Source: Geopsychrobacteraceae bacterium
GTDB lineage: Bacteria; Desulfobacterota; Desulfuromonadia; Desulfuromonadales; Geopsychrobacteraceae
DNA length: 64,000 nt
Assembly (NCBI GenBank): GCA_963676795.2
Contig: CAXXTB010000002.1
Span: 128,001 to 192,000, forward strand
Direction of reading: 5' to 3'
The notes beneath the pieces were generated by a model. That model searched no databases, was not told the origin of the DNA, and saw nothing but the letters and a program-made list of their open reading frames with translations. Of the stretch, positions 50,414 to 61,315 are shown one piece after another (positions within the stretch are counted from its first letter, which is position 1; each line of letters begins with the position of its first letter). Both the position numbers and the translations under genes were made by a program.

Positions 50414-50542
50414 GGTGGGGCTCCCTGTCTGATAGATATCGTCGCAGGAGAAATCGAATTTTTGTCACTTGACCGGCAATAAACCCTTTTCAGAGCGATA
50501 ACTAAACGGTAGCGCAGTCTTGATAAATCACAAGAGGTAAGC

Positions 50543-50905
50543 TTAGCCTCTTTTTTTACAGAGCAGGGCTATGATGTTGGTTTCTGAGTGACGGCCAAGT
50601 ATTTCAAGAGCTTCCACTGCTGTTTCGGCATTTTCCTTCGGGCTGCCGGTCAGGTAGGCAAAGAGGAAGGAGGCGAGGTCGGCGCGTGCAGCTGACTGTT
50701 TTTCTTCGGGGCTCCGCTTTTTCCCCGCCGCCAGCCAGAGTTCGGCCGATCGCTCCTGATGGTGACTGATGGCGCGACTGGTCAGGTCAAGACGTTTCTG
50801 CAGGGAAACGTTTTCTTCGAAAAAGAATGCGGATTGAAGATCTTCCGGAAAATCTTGCTGGATCAGCTCTGCCAGCCTGAGAAGTCTGTTCTTCACTTGG
50901 ATCAT
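50543..50905 (-). CDS. Hypothetical protein
   Basis: ATGA overlap with the upstream YheU-like gene. Confidence 0.7.
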   Translation of the reverse strand: MIQVKNRLLRLAELIQQDFPEDLQSAFFFEENVSLQKRLDLTSRAISHHQERSAELWLAAGKKRSPEEKQSAARADLASFLFAYLTGSPKENAETAVEALEILGRHSETNIIALLCKKRG

Positions 50906-51129
50906 ACCTTGTCAACGGGAATCAGGTTTGTCGATTCGCTCTTTAAATCATGAACAATACGGATCTTTTTCTCTTTAAGCTGAGCCCTCAGCTGCGCGAT
51001 CTTATCGTCCAGGCTGCAGCCTGCCTGGTCCCAGTCCATGCCGTCACGGGTGACAAATTCTTCCAGCAGCGCCCGCAAGATTTCGGGGTCAAGCTGTTGG
51101 AATGGAATTTCAACCAGCTCTTCTGTCAT
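50902..51129 (-). CDS. YheU (UPF0270) family protein
   Basis: IP..QL..E.L..LLEEFVTRDG.D. Confidence 0.85.
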   Translation of the reverse strand: MTEELVEIPFQQLDPEILRALLEEFVTRDGMDWDQAGCSLDDKIAQLRAQLKEKKIRIVHDLKSESTNLIPVDKV

Positions 51130-51398
51130 GGTCTTTCCTGCCATTCGATCAGTTTTCTTTTCTCACGGGCAGATAACCTTTTCAGTTCCGCCTCTCGGCA
51201 GCTGGCTGAACTGCGGCTGTGATTGGATTCCAGAAATACGACGCGCAAGGGTTTGCGACCGCGAAAATATTTAGCCCCCTGGCCGGACTCATGCTGAACA
51301 AAACGTCTTTGCATGTCGGTCGTAATCCCGGTGTAGAGCGAATCATCGCTGCACAGAATCATGTACACCTGCCATGTCTTGTTTATCGGGGTATCCAT
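51126..51398 (-). CDS. GIY-YIG nuclease family (UPF0213)
   Basis: VYMILC.D.SLYTGITTD..RR..QH..G.GAKY.RGR.P. Confidence 0.9.
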   Translation of the reverse strand: MDTPINKTWQVYMILCSDDSLYTGITTDMQRRFVQHESGQGAKYFRGRKPLRVVFLESNHSRSSASCREAELKRLSAREKRKLIEWQERP

Positions 51399-51590
51399 AA
51401 GCAGAGCTTTTATAGCAGTTTTTATTCCTTCAAGAATAGTAGGATCTCTTTTTTTCAGAGTCGTTCTTTTCTTTTTTCTTCCAAATTTTTTTCACTTTTT
51501 TTGTGTAGCTTTATTCCCGTAGCTAATGTCCGTCCCGAATGTCCGGATGGCACGAAGCAAGTTTCTTCCATATCAGATACGGAGTAAGTC

Positions 51591-52148
51591 ATGAAAAGAA
51601 TGATCCTGACAGTCGTGTTTTTAACGCTGATGAGCTGCACACTATATGCAGCACCTGGGGCAGGGATGATAGCGGGCCCTGAAGGTTCTGGGCAAATGCC
51701 GTCACCTGCATTCCGGGCCGAAAAAGATCAGCCGCCGTGCGGTCCGAAAATGGCTGCTGCGCCCCTGCAGCTGAGTGAAGAACAGCTGCAGAAGTTTTGG
51801 GATATGACCGATAAAGAGCGCAAGCAACTCAGGGAACTGAACTATAAATCTGAGAATATTATGGACGATATCCATAAAATGGAACGCAGCGCCAAGATCG
51901 ATTTTGATGTCTATGAAAAGCTGGTCAAGCAGCTGATGTCGCTTGAAGCTGACAAGCTGGTTGTCAGGGCTAGAACCCATGCGGCTATCCGGACGATTCT
52001 CAGCGAGGAACAGCTTAAGTCTTTCCCTCCTTTTATTGGGATGCCGGAAGCCCTCGTTATGACGGGGCCTGATCACGGGCCACGGGGACCACAGGGACGC
52101 CCTGGTTCGCCCTGTGACATGGAGCCTAAGCCACATCTTCAAAACTGA
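51591..52148 (+). CDS. Spy/CpxP-like periplasmic protein
   Basis: Signal peptide, two LSEEQ (LTxxQ) motifs, Met/Pro-rich ends. Confidence 0.75.
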   Translation: MKRMILTVVFLTLMSCTLYAAPGAGMIAGPEGSGQMPSPAFRAEKDQPPCGPKMAAAPLQLSEEQLQKFWDMTDKERKQLRELNYKSENIMDDIHKMERSAKIDFDVYEKLVKQLMSLEADKLVVRARTHAAIRTILSEEQLKSFPPFIGMPEALVMTGPDHGPRGPQGRPGSPCDMEPKPHLQN

Positions 52149-52191
52149 ACCTGCTGTCCTGAATCAGGCAGCAGGTGTGATATGAACAGAC

Positions 52192-52220
52192 AAGGGGGGA
52201 GCCGTCAAGCTCCCCCCCTG
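52192..52220. terminator. Bidirectional terminator
   Basis: GGGGGGAGC...GCTCCCCCC between convergent genes. Confidence 0.65.
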
Positions 52221-52249
52221 TGTTTGTGACTTATGAGCTGCAGGGTTTT

Positions 52250-54496
52250 TTATTTACCCCACTCTCCCGGTGGCAATGCGGCCTGTTTCGACTGTCTTGG
52301 TGGTGCTGTCGCGACATTTACACTGCCGGTTTTGGCCAGGGTGAAACGGCGGAGCATCTCCTGCATCTGGGCTGCCTGGCCGGTCAGCTCTTCAGCTGCA
52401 GCGGCGCTTTCTTCGGCACTGGCAGTGTTCTTCTGGGCGACCTGGTCGATCAGTCCCAAACCGTTGGTGACTTCACTGATGCCCTGAGACTGATCGCTCG
52501 ATGCAGCAGCGATTTCCTGGAGCAGATCGGCGACCTTGGTCGTGCTGCTCATGATTTCATCCAGAGCCTTGGCCGTCTGTTCGGCCATCTTGACCCCCTG
52601 GTCGGTCAGTTCGACCGAGCCTTCAATCAGGGTCGCGGTTTCTTCAGCGGCCTTGGCGCTGCGGGCTGCCAGGTTACGGACCTCTTCGGCGACAACGGCG
52701 AAGCCTTTACCGTGCTGACCGGCGCGGGCGGCTTCGACTGCGGCGTTGAGGGCCAGCAGGTTGGTCTGGAAGGCGATTTCATCGATAACCTTGATGATCT
52801 TGCTGATGTTCTGACCGGCGTCGCTGATCTTGTCCATGGCGCCGACCATATCCTTCATTCGTAGGTTGCCCGTTTCGGCTGCGCTTTTCGATTCACCGGA
52901 AAGCTGGCTGGCCGTTCTGGCGTTTTCGGCGTTGGTCTTGACCTGATCGGCCATCTGATTCATCGAGGCGGACACTTCTTCCAGCGAACTGGCCGTTTCT
53001 GTCGCCCCCTGGGATAGATCCTGGCTGGCACTGGAGATCTCCTGGGCTCCGGACGCGATCTGCTCTCCGGCGACCTGGATATTGCCGACGATTTCACGCA
53101 GGTTGGTCAGCATGGTGCGCAGGGCATTACCGAGCTGATCACGTTCGGAGGCGACACTGACATCGCGGGTCAGATCGCCATGCGCAATGGCATCGGCAAC
53201 CTGCGCCGTGGCATCGAGGCCATCGGCCATTTTGTCAAGCGCCCGGGCCAGCACGCCGACCTCGTCGTGGGTGTTCATGTTAAGGCGCTTGCTGAAATCC
53301 CCCAGGCTGATGGTGTCGGCCAGGTCTGCCGCAGCCTTGACCGGACGGGCGATGCTGCGCGCCATGATGAACAGGATGATCAGGGCAACGATGATGACGA
53401 TGACGCCGACAACGATCTGCCAGGTCGCATTGCTGTTCCCCTGCGCCGTCAGCTCATCTCTCAGCTTGTAGGCGTCGGCCAGGATGACATCCTCATTGAC
53501 GCGGACCATGACCGACCAGTATTTACCGCTGTTGCCTAGGCGAATTGGCGCCATGGCCCGGAAATCACCGGTTTTCTCGTCCTTGATAACTGTATGTGCA
53601 CCTTTGCTGATGTTGCCGAGAATTTCGTCCCAGCCTTCTTTAATGCGCGAGCTGTAGCTTGTGCCGATCGTATCGGGATGTTCGCTGTGAGCGATAACCA
53701 GTCCCATATCGCTGAGGATGATGACAGCACCCTGGCCATCCAGCAGCCCCTTGTCGGCCTCTTCACTCAGTTTCTGAACAAAGGAAAGGTCATAATCGGC
53801 CCCGGCTACGCCGTAGAATTTATTATCGACCAGAATCGGCACCGACATGGTGGCCAAAAAGACCTGTTTGCCCTGAACGATATAGGGGAGCGGCCCGAGG
53901 ACGCTTTCTTTGCCGGTGTCGTGCGGAGCTATATACCAGCCGCCCTTGAGTACGCCGTTAGGGTGACGATCCATGGTGTCGTATTCAACCAGCGGCTGAA
54001 CGGCGATGTTGCCTCTGCTGTCGCGCGTCCAGTAAGGGGTGAAGCGGCCGGTGACTTTGTTGTTACCGTCTCTGTCGACCATGAATTCCGCGTCTCTGCC
54101 GTCGATGGCGTCCGGTTCCCAGCAGGAATAGGTACCGTTAAATGCCGGGTTGCCCTTGAGGACGTTAAGGAGAATGCCGTTGACCGCATCGCGGTCGATC
54201 AGCACATCGGTCTTGCCGTTGTTGTTGATTTTGCCGACCTCAAAGGTGTCGGCCATGGTCCGCGCCGCATCCAGGGCCAGGTTGACATCGGCCTGGATCA
54301 TGCCGGCCTGATCGCCGGACAGGTTCAGCAGGGAGTCTTTAGATACTGATTCCAGCTGGGACGAGACGTTGGCGATGGTCATATCCTGGGTGGCGCTTGC
54401 CGAGTAGAGCCCGTAGATGACCAGGATCGCCGCGGTGATGAACAGGCAGAGCCCTGCCAGCAGGGTGATTTTCAGTTGAATGGATTTAATCTTCAT
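52250..54496 (-). CDS. Methyl-accepting chemotaxis protein with dCache-like sensor
   Basis: TM, GRFTPYW..WY..P...PY periplasmic domain, TM, 2 HAMP, MCP tip. Confidence 0.93.
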   Translation of the reverse strand: MKIKSIQLKITLLAGLCLFITAAILVIYGLYSASATQDMTIANVSSQLESVSKDSLLNLSGDQAGMIQADVNLALDAARTMADTFEVGKINNNGKTDVLIDRDAVNGILLNVLKGNPAFNGTYSCWEPDAIDGRDAEFMVDRDGNNKVTGRFTPYWTRDSRGNIAVQPLVEYDTMDRHPNGVLKGGWYIAPHDTGKESVLGPLPYIVQGKQVFLATMSVPILVDNKFYGVAGADYDLSFVQKLSEEADKGLLDGQGAVIILSDMGLVIAHSEHPDTIGTSYSSRIKEGWDEILGNISKGAHTVIKDEKTGDFRAMAPIRLGNSGKYWSVMVRVNEDVILADAYKLRDELTAQGNSNATWQIVVGVIVIIVALIILFIMARSIARPVKAAADLADTISLGDFSKRLNMNTHDEVGVLARALDKMADGLDATAQVADAIAHGDLTRDVSVASERDQLGNALRTMLTNLREIVGNIQVAGEQIASGAQEISSASQDLSQGATETASSLEEVSASMNQMADQVKTNAENARTASQLSGESKSAAETGNLRMKDMVGAMDKISDAGQNISKIIKVIDEIAFQTNLLALNAAVEAARAGQHGKGFAVVAEEVRNLAARSAKAAEETATLIEGSVELTDQGVKMAEQTAKALDEIMSSTTKVADLLQEIAAASSDQSQGISEVTNGLGLIDQVAQKNTASAEESAAAAEELTGQAAQMQEMLRRFTLAKTGSVNVATAPPRQSKQAALPPGEWGK

Positions 54497-54730
54497 GACT
54501 CTTCCTTTCATCATTGAAAGTGACTGTTGAGGCATAATATTAAAACATTCACATTTTTCGATCTTATTCTTTGTGAGGTCGGCACACAATAGTTTTTTTG
54601 AATTTTAGCCGTTTTTCAGGAAGTTTTCGTTTTTTTCTGCACAATGAGGAATTTTTCCCCCAGCTTTGCCGGGAGGGGGCTAGAGCATTTAATCTGAGAG
54701 GAGTTCAAGCATAATCAGGGTTTTGTCTTG

Positions 54731-55915
54731 TTATGCTGTTTGAGCTGCCCTTCGTTCACCGGCGTTTTTAGCCATGCCCCAGAACAGGGCGATTCCCCCC
54801 ATAAAGATAAAAAGCAGCGCCGCGACAATAAAGGCATAGCGGTTCATGTCGGAGCCGATCATCTGGGCCAGCGCAGAGATGACATAGGGATTGATAAAGG
54901 ACCCCAGGTTCTGGCCCATGATCACGATCGACATGGCCAGAGGAACAGCTGCGGGGCTGACCGACAGGGAGGTCCCCATCATGATGCTGGCGAAGACGAT
55001 GGTGACCGTTCCGCCATAGAGAAAGCTGCCGCAATAGAGGATGGGCAGATTGGGTGACAAGGCGATGATGAGAAAGGAGACTGTGCCCAGAAACAGGCCG
55101 ACGCTCAACGAGAGATGACCCACCAGCCGGACCAGTTTGCCGTAGAGAAATCCGGTAACGACACCACCGATGGCAAAGACCATTGTTGCCTGGCCGGCCT
55201 GGGCGGCGCTGCCGAGTTGGTGATCAGTCACGAAGAAGGCCAGAAAGTTTGCCAGGGTCATGGCGCCGATGAAAAAGATCAGGGTGGTGACTGTCCAGCC
55301 CAGAGCTGCGGGAGTGAGTTTCGGCTTGTTCGCGCCTGCTGTGTGACATGATACGCGAACGGGTGGTTTCTTGGGTAAGAAAAGCGCAACACAGATCAGG
55401 GAGATCAGGGCCACAGCGTGGACGTAGAAGGTGATATTCCAGTCGATAACAGCCAGATAGCCGCTGGTAAAGAACATGAAGGCGCAACCGAGCATCTGTG
55501 CCGAAGAGAGCTGGCCCATGACCCTGGTCCGCTCATCTCCAGCAAAATATTCGGCAACAAGGGCCGAAGAGAGGACCTGGGTTATAGCCACGCCGACACC
55601 GAGGACGGCTCTGCAGGCGAGGATCAGCTTAAACGAATCGAGAAAGGCAGGCGCCATGCCGCCAAGCAAAAAGCAGACGATGCCGAACAGGACCAGGTTT
55701 TTCTTGGCTACGAATTCGTCAAGCTTGCCGATCAGCGGATTGACGAAGATGATGACGATGCAGGGCAGGGTGATCAGCAACTGGATGGAGGTCTGACTGA
55801 CGTCGCTGAAGTGTTTGGCGATTTCAGCAAGACCGCTGGCTATTCCGACAACTCCCATCAGGAGGATGCCGATACTGAGAATGGCGATACGGACACTGCT
55901 ATCTGTCTGGTTCAT
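54731..55915 (-). CDS. MFS transporter
   Basis: ~12 TM, GKLDEF.KK loop, RAVLGVG. Confidence 0.88.
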   Translation of the reverse strand: MNQTDSSVRIAILSIGILLMGVVGIASGLAEIAKHFSDVSQTSIQLLITLPCIVIIFVNPLIGKLDEFVAKKNLVLFGIVCFLLGGMAPAFLDSFKLILACRAVLGVGVAITQVLSSALVAEYFAGDERTRVMGQLSSAQMLGCAFMFFTSGYLAVIDWNITFYVHAVALISLICVALFLPKKPPVRVSCHTAGANKPKLTPAALGWTVTTLIFFIGAMTLANFLAFFVTDHQLGSAAQAGQATMVFAIGGVVTGFLYGKLVRLVGHLSLSVGLFLGTVSFLIIALSPNLPILYCGSFLYGGTVTIVFASIMMGTSLSVSPAAVPLAMSIVIMGQNLGSFINPYVISALAQMIGSDMNRYAFIVAALLFIFMGGIALFWGMAKNAGERRAAQTA

Positions 55916-56112
55916 GAGTTTACCGAATAAAAGTCGAGGTATAAATAATGGCTAGTCATATAGACGACTATAATACATGGAGCGGCGGAAATTTCGACAG
56001 TTAATTTATTCAACCGAAAAAAAAGAATTGATCGGCAGATTTTCTGCCAGTTGCAGCCCATGTTCAGGACAGTTATTTGATAGCGGGAATGATGGCTGTA
56101 TGACCAGCTGGC

Positions 56113-57795
56113 TCAGTTCTTCAAGCTGACGACCGGCTCAAGTCTCACTCGTGCAGCATAATAGGCCAGGCCATCGACTGCGTCGGTAAGCCGCGCAGGG
56201 ATGGCGTTGTTGGCCTGTCCCTGTTTCATCGGGACGTTTTTCCAGCACATCAGGGTGCCCGGGGCTATATCCGTCGTTATGACGGCCTCGGCGACGAAGC
56301 TCCCGGTCGGTCCGGCTATCCGGACCTCATCCCCCTGCTGCAGGGCAAGGTTCCGGGCATCTTCGGGGTGGATGTGGACCGTCTGGAGCCCCTCTTCCAT
56401 CCCCGGCAGGATCTGGGAGTTCAGGTAGCTCATATGCGATGAAGTCAGCAGCTGAAATCCTGCGGCCTGGTCCGGAGCATCCAGGTCCAGTTGCCTGGTC
56501 CAGTAGTGTCGTTCAGGAAGTTCGATCCGTTTTAGCTGTGCCTGTGGCTTCAGCGAAAAGTTCAACTTCAGGCTGTCTGCCAGGAGGGTCGCGGCCGCAA
56601 GATCAGACAACTCATCTGTCAACCGTTCTCTCTGGAGATGATGCGGGAAGAAATAGCTGCCCATGAAATCGTCCTGGGCGAACATGCCGCCGACCTTGAG
56701 AAAGAAGTCGGCATGGCGGCTGGTTTCGTCAATTCCGGTGCCGATCACCAGGCTCGGCGTGGTTGTCAGGGCCTGCCGCCAGAGGTTGGAATCGGGAAAG
56801 GTCATGGCCGGGTTGGCGGCCACGCAGACGAACAGGTCGAAGTCGCCGTTGACCAACGCTGCAGCGATACGGTCGATATGGACATAACCGGCAAACGACG
56901 CTTGCGGCTTTTCCCACAGCCGTTTCGACCCGTGGGTCCAGAACAGCAGGTCCTGGCTGCCGGTCTTGACCGCCAGGCGGTTGATCCAGCGAAAGGCGTT
57001 CATGCCGTTTTGCTGGCGTTGCAGACCGGATCCCTGGATGTGGGCCACCCTGCTGTTTTTCAGGAGGGCCAGCAGCAGGTCAAAGTCTTCTCTGCTGATA
57101 CCGCACTGGCTGATCAGCCGGTCCGGGTCATAGCCGTCCTCAAGCCCCAGGGCGCAGAGCAGGGCGCAGGCGAGCAGGCCGTCGCAGCCGGGTCTGATCT
57201 GGAGGTAATGGTCGGCCAGTTCGGCCGTTGGTGCCCGGAACGGATCGATGTAGATCAGCTGCTTACCCTGTTTTTTGAGCTGCTTGAGGTAGGTGTAAAG
57301 GTGCGGGCTGGTCGCTTTGGCGTTTTTTCCGTAGACCATGATCGCTTCCGACTTTTCCAGCTCATTGACATCCGGATTGACGACAACGCCAAAATCGGCC
57401 TGGTGGGCGGCACTGCCGGTGTCGTCACAGGGCCCTCCGCTGGTTGCCTGGCAGTTGGGAAATGCCGAGAAGAACAGGTCCCAGCAGGCCATGTTGTAGC
57501 CCAGACTGCCCGAACCGCGCAGGTAGAGGATCTTCTTGTCCCGATAAGTGGCCAGATTCTCTGTCAGCGCATGCAGAGCTTCGCCACTGTTGGCAAATGT
57601 CTCCTTCGCTCCATTGTTCAATCGCCAGGACGGTTCACCATTGTTGACCTCACGTTCGATGAATGTCCGGAATTTTTGGCAGACAAAGCCGGGAGACGAC
57701 CAGTCCTGGGCCTGCCCCTGGTAGTTGTAAGGGGAGATCGATGTGAAACTGACACCACAGAGGTCGGGGCAATCTTTGCTGCAGAAGAAATTCAT
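56113..57795 (-). CDS. Molybdopterin-dependent oxidoreductase family protein
   Basis: CSKDCPDLC...C cluster motif, IDP...TA..AD..LQIRPG.D, C-terminal IHPEDA..L...GD.V dinucleotide-binding domain. Confidence 0.85.
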   Translation of the reverse strand: MNFFCSKDCPDLCGVSFTSISPYNYQGQAQDWSSPGFVCQKFRTFIEREVNNGEPSWRLNNGAKETFANSGEALHALTENLATYRDKKILYLRGSGSLGYNMACWDLFFSAFPNCQATSGGPCDDTGSAAHQADFGVVVNPDVNELEKSEAIMVYGKNAKATSPHLYTYLKQLKKQGKQLIYIDPFRAPTAELADHYLQIRPGCDGLLACALLCALGLEDGYDPDRLISQCGISREDFDLLLALLKNSRVAHIQGSGLQRQQNGMNAFRWINRLAVKTGSQDLLFWTHGSKRLWEKPQASFAGYVHIDRIAAALVNGDFDLFVCVAANPAMTFPDSNLWRQALTTTPSLVIGTGIDETSRHADFFLKVGGMFAQDDFMGSYFFPHHLQRERLTDELSDLAAATLLADSLKLNFSLKPQAQLKRIELPERHYWTRQLDLDAPDQAAGFQLLTSSHMSYLNSQILPGMEEGLQTVHIHPEDARNLALQQGDEVRIAGPTGSFVAEAVITTDIAPGTLMCWKNVPMKQGQANNAIPARLTDAVDGLAYYAARVRLEPVVSLKN

Positions 57796-57921
57796 CTTTC
57801 ATCCTGTCAATTCAAGTCGTCGGAACGAGCTGTCGCGCAGTTGTCAAAATCCTGTCATCTCGCTTTGATAGCGTCCCATTCTAACCTGAATAGACTTCCC
57901 TGTCTCGTGAAAGACCAGGAA

Positions 57922-57967
57922 AATCAATCTGTTAAATTTGATTTAATGTTTTGGCGCGATTCTCGCT
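57922..57967 (+). promoter_or_regulatory. IHF site plus sigma54 promoter of the flagellar operon
   Basis: AATCAAtctgTTA (57922-57934) and TTGGCGCGATTCTCGCT (GG-N10-GC, 57951-57967). Confidence 0.7.
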
Positions 57968-58008
57968 AGGAAGATATCCGGATTGTTGTGCTAACCCTGG
58001 AGGGCTTG

Positions 58009-60411
58009 ATGAAACAACCTCTTGTCTCGATAAAATGGTTTGGCTGGTCGCTGCTGTTGATCCTGCTGTTCGCCAGTATGGTTGTGCCGGTTCAGGCGGA
58101 CCAGGCGCTGACTGCGATGAGCAAGGATGAATCTCCCCATCAGACCAAACTGATCCTCAAGCTGACGGAGATGCCGGCTTTTGAGTTGCGACACTCCGGT
58201 CAGCGGGTCGATCTGGAAATTCAAAACGCTGGTGTCGCACCGAGCCTGCACAGTCTTCCGGAAGATCAGAGCATCGTCAAAGTGATGCTGGCGAAGAAGC
58301 ATGATGCGCTACTGATCTCTTATCTGTTACGCCGCCTGCCGCAACAGGTTGTGGCAGAATCGAAGGACAACCCGCCGCGCATTGAACTGAATATCTACTG
58401 GGAGCAGGGGAGTGAGGGGGCCCGCCCCGGTGTCGCTTTCAGAATTGCCGACCTGCCGCCCCGCAAAGCCGGACCGGGGGTGGCCAAGTCGCTGCTGCGC
58501 TCCCCCTGGGAGGATGACTGGCTGGCCTTTTTCGAGGAGTACCGCAGCCTCTGGACGCTGGATCTGCCCCTGACCTATACACTGCCCAGCCTGCCGCAGC
58601 TGATCAGCGATGAGCAGAGCGTACTCTGGCCGTTACAGGACTTTGCCAACCGGGGGATGTTCCTCAGCCTGTTGCAGGAAGCGACCGCGCTGAGCGACCT
58701 GGCGGAAGAAGAACTCTATCTGCGTGATGTCATTGTCGCCGAGGCCCAGTTGCGCACCGATGCTCTCGAGGCGGCAACGGCCAGGCTCGATGCGTTGCGA
58801 GATCTGGGAGGTTCCCAACAGGCCCGTGTCGAATATTTGACAGCCTACGCACAGGGAGTTGCCGGTCAGCCGCTCGTCGCTCAATTGACACTCGGTGGCC
58901 GGCTCCCCCAGCTCGCGGAACAGGATCCTTTCCTGCCGCTCTATCAGCTGCTTTACGCGGAAACCTCTCTGGACTCAAAGCAGGACAAGGAGGCTCTCGG
59001 GCACCTCGGTAGCGGCATCAACTGGCCGGACAGCCTGTTGTCGATTGTCGACCTGCGCCGCGCCGATGCCCTCGCCGGGCTCGGTGACATGCAGGCAGCC
59101 TCGGAGATCTATACCGATCTGGCGGAAGAACCGGGCCTCTTTGAGCATTATCTGTTTTCCTTCAACCGTGCTGCCTTCAATGCCTTCAAGCTGCAAAACT
59201 ACGAATTTTCCTACCACCTTTACCGCCAACTCGCTGACCTGGCTCTGGAGCTGCCGGGAAGCGATCTGGTTCTCTATGCTTCGGGGGCGGCGGCCCTTGA
59301 ATCGGGAGATCTCGGCTGGGGGCTGGTCGGCTTGCAGCGGGCGACCCTCGATCGACCCGGAAGTGAAGGTGGCGACCGGGCCGAACTGTTGATGATCGAT
59401 CTGAAGGTCAACAACGATGGGGACATGGCCCTGCTCGATGCGGCCGATGCCTATGGCGACCTGGCCCGCCGCTCGAATTCGCGTGCTGTGCGCGAAGAGG
59501 CCTATTTCAAACAGGCACTGGCCCATTACCTTCTGGGTGAAAATGTCCAGAGTGTCGATGAGCTGATGACCTTTAACCGCGATTTCCGCAGCTCTGCACT
59601 GCGCCGAGAAGCGGAGCTGCTGCTGGCAAAACAGTTGCCCGGTCTGATCCGCAGTCTGATCGATGAGCAGGACGATCTGAAAGCGGTGGTTCTGGTCGAA
59701 CAGAATCGCAAGCTGTTGCTCAACGACAAGCTGGGCCGGGACTTCCTTAACGATGTTGCCAAGGCTTTTGACCGCCTTGGGCTCTACGAGCGTGCCACCA
59801 AGGTGCTGCTCTATCTCTTCGATCAGAGCAGAGGTAGAGCCGAGCGCGAGGATCTCTATCTGCCTCTTGCCGAATCCTACCAGAAACAGGGGGAGTACGC
59901 GCGGGCCAGTGAGTATTCGGAAAACTATCTGAAGCGTTACCCGAAGGGAGATGACGCCGGCCCCCATTACCAGATTCTGCTCGACAGTCTGGCCCGCCAG
60001 GAGCGCAATCAGGAGCTGCTTGAATGGCTGCGCAAAGGCGATCGCCCGACATCCGTCGACCTGGAGAAGCGTGCTGCCCAGGCTTACTGGGACCAGGGCG
60101 ATTACCTGGCGGTTATCGACAGTCTGAACAAGGTCATGCAGATGGGGGGCGACCTGCAAGTCAAAGAAATGGCACAGCTGGCCGAAGCCAGCTATCAGAT
60201 CGGTCAGCTGAGCGCTGCCGACAGCTATTATCGGGCCCTTTTTGAAGATCCTGAATTTTCCTCCCAGGCTCGTTATCGGGTCGCGCAAATAGGCTTGAAA
60301 TCTGGAGATAAGGCCGAATCACTCAAGCTGTTGGAGAACCTGGTCGAAAAAGACGGAGTGAGCGGCTGGGGGAAATTGGCCCGGGATTTGCTCTTGGTAG
60401 AAAACAGGTAA
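58009..60411 (+). CDS. Exported TPR protein heading the flagellar operon
   Basis: Signal peptide, beta-rich N-domain, TPR-like helices; GGAGG RBS. Confidence 0.8.
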   Translation: MKQPLVSIKWFGWSLLLILLFASMVVPVQADQALTAMSKDESPHQTKLILKLTEMPAFELRHSGQRVDLEIQNAGVAPSLHSLPEDQSIVKVMLAKKHDALLISYLLRRLPQQVVAESKDNPPRIELNIYWEQGSEGARPGVAFRIADLPPRKAGPGVAKSLLRSPWEDDWLAFFEEYRSLWTLDLPLTYTLPSLPQLISDEQSVLWPLQDFANRGMFLSLLQEATALSDLAEEELYLRDVIVAEAQLRTDALEAATARLDALRDLGGSQQARVEYLTAYAQGVAGQPLVAQLTLGGRLPQLAEQDPFLPLYQLLYAETSLDSKQDKEALGHLGSGINWPDSLLSIVDLRRADALAGLGDMQAASEIYTDLAEEPGLFEHYLFSFNRAAFNAFKLQNYEFSYHLYRQLADLALELPGSDLVLYASGAAALESGDLGWGLVGLQRATLDRPGSEGGDRAELLMIDLKVNNDGDMALLDAADAYGDLARRSNSRAVREEAYFKQALAHYLLGENVQSVDELMTFNRDFRSSALRREAELLLAKQLPGLIRSLIDEQDDLKAVVLVEQNRKLLLNDKLGRDFLNDVAKAFDRLGLYERATKVLLYLFDQSRGRAEREDLYLPLAESYQKQGEYARASEYSENYLKRYPKGDDAGPHYQILLDSLARQERNQELLEWLRKGDRPTSVDLEKRAAQAYWDQGDYLAVIDSLNKVMQMGGDLQVKEMAQLAEASYQIGQLSAADSYYRALFEDPEFSSQARYRVAQIGLKSGDKAESLKLLENLVEKDGVSGWGKLARDLLLVENR

Positions 60412-60449
60412 TTTGACTCGCCAACAGTAGCGACAGGCAGGAGAGACAC

Positions 60450-60863
60450 ATGGCAGATTTTATACTCACCGACCGGACCTTTTCGGTTCTGCAGAAGAGC
60501 CTGGATCTTCGTGCTCAGAATCAGGAAGTCATCGCGTCCAACATCGCCAATGCTGAGACTCCGGGGTACAGCGCGCGCAAAATGCACTTTGAAGAGAATC
60601 TGCGCAAAGCGATCGAGACACCGCAACTGGACAGCCGTCAGACAAACTCCAAGCACTTCCCGATCGGCGGCAGCAGCATTCAGGCGGTTCAGGGCACTAT
60701 TGAAAAGGAACTGGAAGCCAGCCCTCTGGGGGACGGCAACAACGTCTCGATGGATGAGGAAATGTTCGATCTGGCAGAAAACCAGCTGCTCTACGAGGCC
60801 GGTGCGCAGATTCTCAAGAAGAAGCTGACCCTGCTAAAGTATGCGGCCAATAACGGCGGCTAG
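60450..60863 (+). CDS. flgB: Flagellar basal-body rod protein B
   Basis: IASNIANAETPGY, DGNNVS. Confidence 0.95.
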   Translation: MADFILTDRTFSVLQKSLDLRAQNQEVIASNIANAETPGYSARKMHFEENLRKAIETPQLDSRQTNSKHFPIGGSSIQAVQGTIEKELEASPLGDGNNVSMDEEMFDLAENQLLYEAGAQILKKKLTLLKYAANNGG

Positions 60864-60871
60864 GAGGTTCT

Positions 60872-61303
60872 ATGGATATCTTTACCAGTATGAAAATCAG
60901 CGCTTCGGCGCTAAAGGCCCAGCGGATCCGGATGAATGCGATCAGCTCCAACCTGGCCAATATCGAGACAACCCGGACGCCGGACGGTGGCCCGTACCGC
61001 AAGCGTGAGGTTGTCTTTACCTCAACCCAGCAGGGGTTTGCCGAACAGCTCGACAGCCAGATGAGTGATGCCGTGCAGGGGGTCAAGGTAGCTAACGTCC
61101 AGGCCAGCAGCCTGCCGCCGCGCATCGTTTACGACCCGACCCATCCGGATGCCAATGAAAACGGCGAGGTCGCGATGCCCAATATCAGCCTGGTCGAAGA
61201 GACGGCCGATATGATGTCGGCATCACGCGCCTACGAAGCGAACGTCACGGTTGTTAAGTCGGCCAAGCGCATGGCGCTCAAGGCCCTCGAGATCGGCAAG
61301 TAG
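60872..61303 (+). CDS. flgC: Flagellar basal-body rod protein C
   Basis: NLAN.ETTRT..GGPYR, YDPTHPDA, SRAYEAN. Confidence 0.96.
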   Translation: MDIFTSMKISASALKAQRIRMNAISSNLANIETTRTPDGGPYRKREVVFTSTQQGFAEQLDSQMSDAVQGVKVANVQASSLPPRIVYDPTHPDANENGEVAMPNISLVEETADMMSASRAYEANVTVVKSAKRMALKALEIGK

Positions 61304-61315
61304 AAGGAGTAGTTC

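Noticed and set aside
43735..52820. Long inverted nucleotide similarity between ~43.74-43.92 kb and ~52.64-52.82 kb
   Set aside because: It is the conserved signalling tip of two paralogous MCP genes, not a mobile-element end
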